Source: Candidatus Zixiibacteriota bacterium (GTDB lineage Bacteria > Zixibacteria > MSB-5A5 > GN15 > JAAZOE01). Taken from it: DNA of 64,000 nt. Both the position numbers and the translations under genes were made by a program. The DNA lies in contig DAOUTW010000006.1 in the NCBI GenBank assembly GCA_030668485.1, positions 6,717 to 70,716 of the forward strand, given 5' to 3'. The notes under the pieces were generated by a model. The model had not been told where the DNA came from and made no database searches. It saw only the letters and a program-made list of their open reading frames with translations. Shown here piece after piece: positions 36,110-44,833 of the stretch (position 1 is the stretch's first letter; each line of letters begins with the position of its first letter).

Positions 36110-38848
36110 ATGAAGAATTCGTTTTCATTCGTTTTGGCTCTGGTCCTGATGGTCTCGACCTCGAGCTATGTGATGGCAGGAACTGATCCTGGATTACCAG
36201 ATACCGTCAAGGTCAGCGGCGGTCCTCTTGTAGTGGGGCAGTCAATCCCTCTTTCGGTTATAGCCGTGAATGATGAACTTCTTGCCGCATTTGGTATTCC
36301 TCTTAATCTCGTCACCATTGATTCAGGTTTCGCCCGCTATGACTCGGTTGTTTATGTGAATCGGATGTCGGATCCGCTGATTCTCGACTATCGAGCAGTG
36401 AATGTGCTTGATGGCGACGGCATATCACCGGACTCGATTCAATCTATGGCGATGCGGTACGGCGGCAATTTTCTGCCTCTCGGCAACACCCCCATTTTTG
36501 AATTATATTTCACCGGGCTGACCCCGGGAACGATGAATATTGATACCCTTTCCACCGCTCCTTTCGATCTGCATTTTGTCAATACGAGCGGCGCTCAGGT
36601 ATGGAAACCCCGGTTTGTTTCGGCCAATATCACTATTATTGACGGGTTTCGTCCGCCAGTGATAACTTTCAACACCGAAACACCGCAGGTCGTCGCCGGC
36701 ACAGAGGTCGAATTCGATGTTGACGCGGAATCCCCCGAAGGCTTCCCGGTGACATTCCAGTCGCTTCAGATGACTGATTATGATGATTATACCAGGTATC
36801 CGACCAACTCCCCGGTGTTGACTCCCGGGGACCCTGCAGTCTTCACATGGAACAGTACGTCCGCCGACCTTGGCATATGGGAGGTGACTTTCACGGCCTG
36901 CGATACATCGGGAACCTGCGCCTCTCGTACAGTTGAAATACAGGTGGTGAGTGATGAATCATATCTCATTTCCTTCAACTCGCTCGGTTTAACAGGTCCC
37001 GGTAAATCGTCGGGCTTAATGAATGGCAACTATGATACGGATAATCGTCCCGAGGTTATTTCCGGAGGTTTTTATAATCCGAGCATGGTACTCTATGACT
37101 ACCTCTCCCCAACCTCGTGGGGACGATCGGAATTAATTACAAACGACCATCCGATCTTCGGTATAACCCCGGGTTATTACAATAATGATTCCTATCTGGA
37201 TGCTGTATTTCTTTATTTCGAAACTCCCAATGTCCATGTCACGGTCATGCATGGCAACGGCGACAATACCTTTGATCTATACGGCGAGGATAACCCCGGT
37301 AAGTGGGCTCGCGGCATAGCCGTGGGTGAATTCGATGGAGATAATCACCTCGATGTCGCAACCGCCTCGGGAAGCTACGGAGTTTGGTTGTTTTCCGGCG
37401 ACAGCCAGGGTGGTTTTACCGAAGCCGGTTCGTTCGCCATCAATGCCCTCTCGATTAACAGCGCCGATTTTGATGCTGACGGGTTTGATGACCTGGCCAT
37501 TGGCACGGCCGACGGCGTCAACACATATCTGAATAACGGCGCCGGCGGATTTACTTTTGCCTATTTTTACAGTCAAAGCTACGGATCGATGGATATCGAG
37601 ATCACCAATCAGGGCAGCGATTTTAACAATGACAATATTTTTGATTTGTGTATTTCGACTCCCTCAGTCGGCGGACAGTACAGTGAAATGTATGTTTATC
37701 TTGGAAACGGGGACGGATCTTTCTCCCAACATAAAATAAGGGAAGTAAGGGGACAGATTTTCGGTAATTGCGTCGGCGATTTTAACGATGACGGCGAGCT
37801 TGACATCGCCTATGTCAACGGCGCCAAAAAATATGTCGCCATCCTTTTTGGAGCGGGCGATGGCAGCTTTGTCGACGAATTGCGATATGCCGTTCCCTAC
37901 GACAACCCGCAATTTATAGACGGCTTTGATGCCGATGTAGATGGCGATATCGACCTCATGATTGCCGCCAACGGAAGTGACTATTACCATAATTTCATGT
38001 ATTTCCTCGACAACCAAATCGATCCCGACGATTTTTCTCAAAAGAGCTTTGATGTTGATGCCTGCAATAATATCGACATCGAACTGACATCGTTTAAAGG
38101 ACGAATACTCAACCGCGTCAAAAACACCATTCCCTCGGCAAGTTTATACCGCCGTAATATAGATCAGGACCAGATCATCGACGACTTTGTATCGCTCCAA
38201 CTGGTGGAGGAAGGTCGGTACAGATTGAAGGCAATGCCACAGCCCAATGTAAGTCCGGGCGAGCTGTTCACTCTGGAGTTTGAGCTGAACGAGCAATCCT
38301 ATCGTCTGGCCAAGGACATACCGATGACCGGCGATGGTTATGAATTCACCCTGTACCTCGGTGATAGATCCGAGGTTCTGCCGCAACCCGGTATTTTTGT
38401 TTATGCCAATCCTCCGTCATTTACCTGGCTGGGCGAAGGGGAATTTGATTTTCAATTATCGGCTGACATCGACTTCACCGAGGTATTGGTCGAGGCCGCC
38501 GTCATGGAAAATACCTATGCTCCTCCGGAGGCTTTACCGGTCTCCGATGAGGCGACCTTTTACTGGCGGGTTAAGCCATCCGGCCAGCCGGAGTACGATT
38601 GCCTCTACGCGGTGAATATTCTGGCCGGGTCCACATCCGATTGCGGTGATGCCAATGACGATGATAATGTGAATGTCGGTGATGCCGTTTATCTGGTCAA
38701 TTACGTTTTCAAAGGTGGCCCGCCACCGGCGTTTATGTGCCAGGCCGATGCCAACGGCGATTCCGATATTAATGTCGGCGACGCTGTCTATTTGATCAAC
38801 TATGTTTTTAGGGGGGGTCTCTCCCCGGTGGAGGATTGCTGCCAATAG
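36110..38848 (+). CDS. FG-GAP/VCBS-repeat (integrin-alpha-like propeller) protein with X-module and C-terminal dockerin-like module
   Basis: Start moved to the ATG at 36110 (GGGAGGG RBS; signal peptide MKNSFSFVLALVLMVSTSSYVMAG). FG-GAP Ca-loops: GEFDGDNHLDVA, ADFDADGFDDLAIG, DFNNDNIFDL, GDFNDDGELDIAYV, DADVDGDIDLMIA. Dockerin-like module at 38642..38845, ending EDCCQ. Confidence 0.85.
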   Translation: MKNSFSFVLALVLMVSTSSYVMAGTDPGLPDTVKVSGGPLVVGQSIPLSVIAVNDELLAAFGIPLNLVTIDSGFARYDSVVYVNRMSDPLILDYRAVNVLDGDGISPDSIQSMAMRYGGNFLPLGNTPIFELYFTGLTPGTMNIDTLSTAPFDLHFVNTSGAQVWKPRFVSANITIIDGFRPPVITFNTETPQVVAGTEVEFDVDAESPEGFPVTFQSLQMTDYDDYTRYPTNSPVLTPGDPAVFTWNSTSADLGIWEVTFTACDTSGTCASRTVEIQVVSDESYLISFNSLGLTGPGKSSGLMNGNYDTDNRPEVISGGFYNPSMVLYDYLSPTSWGRSELITNDHPIFGITPGYYNNDSYLDAVFLYFETPNVHVTVMHGNGDNTFDLYGEDNPGKWARGIAVGEFDGDNHLDVATASGSYGVWLFSGDSQGGFTEAGSFAINALSINSADFDADGFDDLAIGTADGVNTYLNNGAGGFTFAYFYSQSYGSMDIEITNQGSDFNNDNIFDLCISTPSVGGQYSEMYVYLGNGDGSFSQHKIREVRGQIFGNCVGDFNDDGELDIAYVNGAKKYVAILFGAGDGSFVDELRYAVPYDNPQFIDGFDADVDGDIDLMIAANGSDYYHNFMYFLDNQIDPDDFSQKSFDVDACNNIDIELTSFKGRILNRVKNTIPSASLYRRNIDQDQIIDDFVSLQLVEEGRYRLKAMPQPNVSPGELFTLEFELNEQSYRLAKDIPMTGDGYEFTLYLGDRSEVLPQPGIFVYANPPSFTWLGEGEFDFQLSADIDFTEVLVEAAVMENTYAPPEALPVSDEATFYWRVKPSGQPEYDCLYAVNILAGSTSDCGDANDDDNVNVGDAVYLVNYVFKGGPPPAFMCQADANGDSDINVGDAVYLINYVFRGGLSPVEDCCQ

Positions 38849-38882
38849 CCAAAAACAAATTGGCGGCTGACAAATTAAGTCA

Positions 38883-38917
38883 AAATGTGCCGTCTGCTCA
38901 GGGCAGGCGGCACATTT
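38883..38917 (+). terminator. Hairpin terminator candidate
   Basis: 14-bp stem AAATGTGCCGTCTG/CAGGCGGCACATTT (one G-U pair) lies 35 nt after the stop codon. Confidence 0.45.
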
Positions 38918-38979
38918 CATATTAATAATATCTGCATAACCGGCCAGGAATAAGAAAGTGAAATAATTCACATATTAGC

Positions 38980-39007
38980 TTGACACACAGCTGTTGTGTG
39001 TTATAAT
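38980..39007 (+). promoter_or_regulatory. Near-consensus sigma-70 promoter
   Basis: TTGACA, 16-nt spacer, TATAAT. Lies 48 nt upstream of the porin start codon. Confidence 0.55.
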
Positions 39008-39054
39008 AATTCTAAATGATAATGAATTTCAATATCAGAACAGAGATCGAGAAT

Positions 39055-40080
39055 ATGAAAACTTTTATCGTGGTATTTATCAACCTTGCGATTGTCTTGA
39101 TTACATTTTCGTCATTTGCCCGGGCAGCTTCGTCGACCAACCCGCAATCAACAAAGATCGCCATTAATAATTCAACGACTGTGGAAATGTTCGGCTTCGC
39201 AGACTTGCTGGCCACATTCCGGAATAAAAGCGATGGCAGTACTTTTGATATCGGCCAGGCCGAGATCGACCTCAGGTCTGACTTTACCGATCACTTCACA
39301 ATGGCATTGGCCATTGCCTACGGTGAAGGGGTATTTACCATTGGTGCATTCACCGCGGACTACACCGCATGGTCGGTTTCAGACGAAGCGTCGTCTACTC
39401 CTTTGGGAATCAAAAATATATCCATAGGCGGCGGTCAATATGATGTACGGTTTGGAATAGATTGGCATGTCTATGCCTCCATCGACCGAAAACTGGTCTC
39501 AACCCCATTGGTTGTTGAGAACACTCACAATTCATGGAACGATATGGGCGTATATGCTTCAGCCGAAGCGGCCAGGGGTAATGTTAGCATTTTTGTTGTC
39601 AATGGATTCTGCCATGAGGGAATTTATCCTGATGGCGAGGAATTCACCGCCCATAACGATTTGGCGATGGGTGGTCGCCTCGGTATGACCCCGCAGGAAT
39701 TCGTTGAGGTCGGCGGTTCAATCGCCACCATATCCGGACTGGATGATAGTCATGAAATGCTCCTTGTCGGTGCCGATTTTCGCTTTTCAATGGCGGAAGT
39801 TGAAATAAAGGGTGAATACATCACCCATAGGCTTGAATCCAAGGTTTATAGAGAATTTAGCAATGACGGTTACTATGTTCAAGCGGTATACGGAATCGGC
39901 GAATGGTACCTGGTCGGCCGATACGGTGAATTCCGCTCCGAGCAGAGGAGTACCGATCTTGCCCGATTGAGTGCTGGAATAGGTTATACATGTAACGACA
40001 GAATCGCGCTTCGATTGGAATACCAGGCAAATGATTCGATTGACGATACCGCCTTTTTTCAGGTAGCCTTTGGATTCTGA
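39055..40080 (+). CDS. Outer-membrane porin-like beta-barrel protein
   Basis: Start moved to the ATG at 39055 (signal peptide MKTFIVVFINLAIVLITFSSFARA). Amphipathic beta-strand periodicity throughout, and a C-terminal OMP beta-signal ...AFFQVAFGF. Confidence 0.7.
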   Translation: MKTFIVVFINLAIVLITFSSFARAASSTNPQSTKIAINNSTTVEMFGFADLLATFRNKSDGSTFDIGQAEIDLRSDFTDHFTMALAIAYGEGVFTIGAFTADYTAWSVSDEASSTPLGIKNISIGGGQYDVRFGIDWHVYASIDRKLVSTPLVVENTHNSWNDMGVYASAEAARGNVSIFVVNGFCHEGIYPDGEEFTAHNDLAMGGRLGMTPQEFVEVGGSIATISGLDDSHEMLLVGADFRFSMAEVEIKGEYITHRLESKVYREFSNDGYYVQAVYGIGEWYLVGRYGEFRSEQRSTDLARLSAGIGYTCNDRIALRLEYQANDSIDDTAFFQVAFGF

Positions 40081-40382
40081 AACAATAAGTCGAGCGAGGG
40101 GGATGTCACTCGATTCCACCGATTTCGCATAAGTATATGATAAACAGAATGCTATAGAGCCTCAGTGTTGGGAATATTGGATTTAATCGCCGGCGTTTAA
40201 ATGACACTTTAGTTAATAGCGGCGCCGACTGACCGTAAAAGCGATTGGCAATTTGTTGTTTTTGATTATATTATAAGTACGTCTACCATATAAGGCCTCG
40301 TATCTTTTTGCCGTTACCTTTCTTTATGACCGGGGCCGGACTACTTCAACTGCGGTTGACTTTGGCGATAAGGAGCAAAATC

Positions 40383-41612
40383 ATGAAACGGGACCGACAA
40401 TTAGTTTTCTGTTTGATAATTACGTTATCAGTAATTATCTGCCTCTTTCCCGGATTGGCGCAGGCGACATTTTCAATCGTGGCGGTCGATACCGTCACAG
40501 GAGCGGTCGGCGGAGCCGGAGCCTCATGTATTAACGACTCCTACATAATCAATGATCTGATCGAAAGCGTCGGGGCGGTGCATACTCAGGCCTGGTGGCT
40601 GCAAGCCAACAAGGACAACGCTCACGATTTACTCGCTGCCGGACTGGACCCCGATTCCATCATCGGCTGGCTGACAGCCAACGATGTTCAGGGACAGCCG
40701 GAGTTGAGGCAATACGGCGTCGTCACTCTGGCCGGTCCGGGCGCTTCGGCCGGGCATACCGGATGGGGAACCGATGCCTGGGCGGGACATATTGCCGGGC
40801 CGGGCTACGCTATTCAGGGCAATATCCTACTCGGCGAGGAAATCATCACCGATATGGAAACCGCTTTCCTCACCACCGAGGGACTGCTGGAGGACAAACT
40901 AATGGCGGCACTTCAGGCCGCCAATGTTCCCGGGGCCGATACTCGCTGCCTGCCCGATGGCAAACCGGCGCTGTCAGCCTTTATCAAAGTTCTTCGTCCC
41001 GGTGACGGCGAAACGCCCCATCTTGAGATCGTTATTGGCAGCGCCCCCGGTACTGTTAATCCGATTGATCGGGTACAACTATTTTATGATGAATGGAAGG
41101 CGACTCAGGTCGCCGACGCGGCCTTGTCGACCGCTGAGATATTCCCCACTTACTTGCCAGCTATCGGTGTCGATTCGGCCATTATCACTGTAACCCCTCT
41201 GAATTCAGATGGTATTCCGCCGACCGAAGGCGCCGAGGTTTCCTTATGGCACACAACCCCGGGAACGCTCTCGCCAGTGACCGATAACGGTGATGGAACG
41301 TTTACTGCTTATGTCTTTTCGACTGAAGCCGGCTGGGATACCATTCATCCGGCCGTCACCGCCGGAGGTGAGACGACTTATTTAAACACCCGGCCCACCA
41401 TTCAGTTCTATCTCTGTGGCGATGCCAATGCCGATCTTACAATCAATGTCGGTGACGCTGTCTTTTTGATCTCTTACGTTTTCAAAGGCGGTCCCCCTCC
41501 CTGGCCGGTTGAGGGCGGTGACGCTAATTGTGACGGAGGCACCAACGTTGGCGATGCCGTATATGTGATCTCATACGTCTTCAAAGGCGGCCCCGAACCT
41601 TGCTGCCCGTAA
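40383..41612 (+). CDS. DUF1028-family (Ntn-hydrolase-fold) protein with Ig-like module and C-terminal dockerin-like module
   Basis: Start moved to the ATG at 40383 (AAGGAG RBS). The signal peptide ends GLAQA|TFSIVAVDTVTGAVGGAGASC, which is the DUF1028 N-terminal signature. Predicted cleavage would expose Thr as residue 1. Dockerin-like module at 41415..41609, ending EPCCP. Confidence 0.75.
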   Translation: MKRDRQLVFCLIITLSVIICLFPGLAQATFSIVAVDTVTGAVGGAGASCINDSYIINDLIESVGAVHTQAWWLQANKDNAHDLLAAGLDPDSIIGWLTANDVQGQPELRQYGVVTLAGPGASAGHTGWGTDAWAGHIAGPGYAIQGNILLGEEIITDMETAFLTTEGLLEDKLMAALQAANVPGADTRCLPDGKPALSAFIKVLRPGDGETPHLEIVIGSAPGTVNPIDRVQLFYDEWKATQVADAALSTAEIFPTYLPAIGVDSAIITVTPLNSDGIPPTEGAEVSLWHTTPGTLSPVTDNGDGTFTAYVFSTEAGWDTIHPAVTAGGETTYLNTRPTIQFYLCGDANADLTINVGDAVFLISYVFKGGPPPWPVEGGDANCDGGTNVGDAVYVISYVFKGGPEPCCP

Positions 41613-41637
41613 ACCTTTTAAGAGGTGGTGAAAACGG

Positions 41638-41665
41638 TTGCAAAAATGTCGGCCCGAAGTATATT
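41638..41665 (+). promoter_or_regulatory. Sigma-70-type promoter candidate
   Basis: TTGCAA, 16-nt spacer, TATATT. Lies about 110 nt upstream of 41776. Confidence 0.35.
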
Positions 41666-41775
41666 GAAATTAACACTCCCGCTGTATTGGGGAGAGCAGT
41701 ATCCCTCACCGCCATTGAAGAATACTTGCTATATGTACACCCGGTTCTTTGCGAATTAGACATCTGGAGGTCTCG

Positions 41776-44412
41776 ATGAAACTGCTCTCTTCCTTGTTAA
41801 CAATGCTTCTTTGTATCAGTTTTTATATCACCACTGTCGGTGCCGACCAATCCCCGGTCTCCTCTTTATCGACCCTCGAAACTCCATTAAACCTCTATCG
41901 TGTCGCTGTCCAAAGTCATGAGGAAGCTGAAATTCTATCTACCTCCGGTTGCGAAGTGGTGTTAAAATCCAGCGACGGATACCTGGTGCTGGCAACCGCC
42001 GATGAGGAAAGAGATCTCTCCGCATCGGGAATGGCAGTTGAGATGATCGCGGCCGATTTGACCCGGCGGGAAATTGCGATGGATATGCGGCATGACCGGG
42101 AAAATATCGGCAGGTATGATTTACTTTTCGATGAGGGCGGAGTCCGTCTGTTCCGGGTTGACCGTGTTGAACTGGAGCAAAAAACCGGTTATGACGGTAT
42201 TGTTCCCCTTCGTGCCAGATATATTCCGATTGTCTATCGGCCGCAGCGTTCATTCACTCCCGATAAGATCTCCGATCTGGTCGACCTTGAATCTCTCGCA
42301 TCAAGTATCCTTCAGGATTCGCTGGAGTCATACTCCTACCGTTTGCAAGCCTTTAACGGGCGGGTGGCAGGATCGTCATCGATTCAATCCTGTGCCAACT
42401 GGCTGGTTTCAAAATTCGAAGACTTCGGTTACGACTCGATTGTGGTTGAAGTCTATTGGGATTCGGTTTACGATGAATGGGCCCAGATTCGAAATGTGGT
42501 CGCCTATAAAATCGGGACGCTATATCCCGATTTTCATGTTGTGGTCGGCGCTCATTATGATGCGGTTCCGGGTTCACCGGGCGCGGACGATAACGGTTCC
42601 GGCACGGCCGGAGTTCTGGAAATCGCGCGCGTACTGTCCAGTATGGAAACGAATGTCACCTATGTCTTCGCTCTCTGGGATGGTGAAGAAGAGGGGCTTT
42701 TAGGATCATGGCAATATGCCAGCCGAGCCCTGTTTGCGAATGAGCGAATTGTATCGAATGTCAATATGGACATGGTGGCTCATTACCAGAATACCGTTAA
42801 CGGAAAAGTTTACAGCAATGTCGGCGATTACAGCCAGTTGGTGATAGATCTGGCCGATTCCCTGTCGTCCATCAATCTTAATTTTTACTCAGGCGGCGCC
42901 GGCGGAACCGACTATATTCCTTTCGAGCAATCCGGTTATGATGTCGTCAACTTCCATGAGTATATTTTTTCTACGGTCTATCACTCCTACCGGGACAGTA
43001 CTTCATTTATGAATTTCGATTATATGACGCGCATGGTCAGGGCGGCAGCGGTGACCGGTTATGTTATCGGTGATAATTTCCTCCCCGATCCCGAGGTGAT
43101 CATGTTCGCACCCCATGGTATGCCACAGCTTATATGGCCGGAGATACCGGCCGAAATAGAAATCGTCATCAATGAATATGGCGGAGCCTCTATTGTGCCG
43201 GGTAGCCCCACGCTTCATTATTCCATCAATAACGGCGGATGGATAGCAGCGCCGATGACCGAATCGGACGGTGTCTATTCGGACACCCTCCCTTCGCAGG
43301 GTTGTGGTAACAAAGTTCAATACTATGTCACGGTTGAAGCTTCCGGTCTGGGAACGTCTTACTACCCCGGACCCGGTCTATCGATAACAGCCTGCGCCGC
43401 GACCGGAGTCACGACCATTTTCGAAGATGACTTCAGTTCGGATCAGGGCTGGGAGGTAAGCGGTGACGTCACCAGAGGAGAATGGGAAAGGGCTCTGGCG
43501 TCTCACAATAGCGGTGGCGGAGCGCCCCCTGCCGATTTCGATGGTAATAAGTTTTGCTACCTGACCGAAAGCAATTTTGGCGCGGATGTCGACGATGGCG
43601 CCACCAACCTGGTTTCCCCCCCCATTGACTGCTCGGGGGAAGCCATAAGCGTACGATACGCCCGCTGGTATTCCAATCATACCGGTGGAGCCCCAAACAG
43701 CGACCTGTTTGCAGTTTACGTTTCCATCGACGGTGGCAATTGGCGGGAAGTAGAAATCGTCGGTCCCATATTGCAGGCCGATGGCGGATGGTATGCTAAT
43801 GAATTCTGGATCGACGACTTCGTCGAACCTGCCGACCAGATACAATTGCGGTTTGCCGTTTCCGATAATGGCGACGATTCCCAGGTGGAGGCTGCGGTTG
43901 ATGCGATAGAGGTAATTCAATATACATTCGCCCCCCGGATTATTACCACCTCTCTTCCGGAATGGACAGCCGGTCACCTTTTTGACCAGCAACTGGAAGG
44001 GGCTTCATGCGCCGGCGAACTCACCTGGGTCGACCGTTATGGTCATCTCATCGGCTCGGGATTATCAGTTCTGCCATCCGGCCTCGTGACCGGTACTCCG
44101 CTCGAGGATGGCCTTCAGCTCTTTGTCGCGGAAGCCACCGATGAGTTGGGAGAAAGCGCTCAGAGAATGTACAGCCTCTCCATCAATCCGGCTTTGGAAG
44201 TGAGCACCGATTTACTACCCGTTGCCATGGCCGGTGTGTCATATTCATTTCAATTGGCGGCCTCCGGAGGTACCGGTGATAAATCCTGGTCTGATGCGGC
44301 CGGCGATCTGACCGGCACCGGTCTTGAAATTACCGCCAACGGTTTGTTGACCGGCGTCCCGATTGATACCGGGACGGTAAGCCTGACGGCCAGGGTAGAA
44401 GATGCGGTCTGA
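41776..44412 (+). CDS. M28-family metallopeptidase with MAM-like and He_PIG-like modules, ending at an in-frame TGA just before its dockerin
   Basis: Start moved to the ATG at 41776 (GGAGG RBS; signal peptide MKLLSSLLTMLLCISFYITTVGA). M28 metal site VVGAHYDAVPGSPGADDNGSGTAGVLEIARVL, ALWDGEEEGLLGS and NMDMV. The TGA stop is at 44410..44412. Confidence 0.88.
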   Translation: MKLLSSLLTMLLCISFYITTVGADQSPVSSLSTLETPLNLYRVAVQSHEEAEILSTSGCEVVLKSSDGYLVLATADEERDLSASGMAVEMIAADLTRREIAMDMRHDRENIGRYDLLFDEGGVRLFRVDRVELEQKTGYDGIVPLRARYIPIVYRPQRSFTPDKISDLVDLESLASSILQDSLESYSYRLQAFNGRVAGSSSIQSCANWLVSKFEDFGYDSIVVEVYWDSVYDEWAQIRNVVAYKIGTLYPDFHVVVGAHYDAVPGSPGADDNGSGTAGVLEIARVLSSMETNVTYVFALWDGEEEGLLGSWQYASRALFANERIVSNVNMDMVAHYQNTVNGKVYSNVGDYSQLVIDLADSLSSINLNFYSGGAGGTDYIPFEQSGYDVVNFHEYIFSTVYHSYRDSTSFMNFDYMTRMVRAAAVTGYVIGDNFLPDPEVIMFAPHGMPQLIWPEIPAEIEIVINEYGGASIVPGSPTLHYSINNGGWIAAPMTESDGVYSDTLPSQGCGNKVQYYVTVEASGLGTSYYPGPGLSITACAATGVTTIFEDDFSSDQGWEVSGDVTRGEWERALASHNSGGGAPPADFDGNKFCYLTESNFGADVDDGATNLVSPPIDCSGEAISVRYARWYSNHTGGAPNSDLFAVYVSIDGGNWREVEIVGPILQADGGWYANEFWIDDFVEPADQIQLRFAVSDNGDDSQVEAAVDAIEVIQYTFAPRIITTSLPEWTAGHLFDQQLEGASCAGELTWVDRYGHLIGSGLSVLPSGLVTGTPLEDGLQLFVAEATDELGESAQRMYSLSINPALEVSTDLLPVAMAGVSYSFQLAASGGTGDKSWSDAAGDLTGTGLEITANGLLTGVPIDTGTVSLTARVEDAV

Positions 44413-44667
44413 GCCATCGACGAAAAAATAGTAGTCCTGAATATTAACCTGTTTCATATCTGCGGTGATGGCAACGGCGACATCGATGTCAATGTCGGCG
44501 ATGCCGTTTTTCTGATTAATTATGTATTCAAAGGCGGGCCGGCCCCTGATCCGATCTGTGCCGGGGACGCCAACGGTGATGGCGAAGTCAATGTCGGTGA
44601 CGCCGTTTACCTGATCAACTATGTTTTCAAGGGGGGCCCGGAACCGGTAGAACCATGCTGCCCGTAA
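44413..44667 (+). other. Dockerin-coding extension in the same frame as the M28 gene, downstream of the TGA
   Basis: Frame 1 continues as [84 protein letters not shown]. This is a complete two-repeat dockerin-like module (44461..44664) with no start codon of its own. Confidence 0.8.
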
Positions 44668-44723
44668 TCAGGGAGGCCTTTGCTTTATAGCAACGCTATG
44701 TCAATCGGCAAGTGTTTCGGCAG

Positions 44724-44751
44724 TTGACAACGCCGGGAAATAACGTATTTT
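44724..44751 (+). promoter_or_regulatory. Sigma-70-type promoter candidate
   Basis: TTGACA, 16-nt spacer, TATTTT. Lies about 80 nt upstream of 44834. Confidence 0.4.
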
Positions 44752-44833
44752 GAATTAGACTGTTACGCGCCCGGTGTCGTTTGTGCGCCGGAGTTATAGA
44801 GACCAATCAATTCGCTTCATTGCGGAGGGAAAA

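Noticed and set aside
44410-44412. In-frame TGA considered as selenocysteine, or as evidence for a TGA-recoded genetic code (code 4 or 25)
   Set aside because: The next ~40 nt (gccatcgacgaaaaaatagtagtcctgaatatt) are AT-rich, and I see no SECIS-like stem-loop. TGA ends at least five well-supported genes here (ends at 8558, 22499, 23522, 31113 and 40080), with C-termini that align with family expectations. Readthrough or a mutation remain open possibilities and are reported as a finding.
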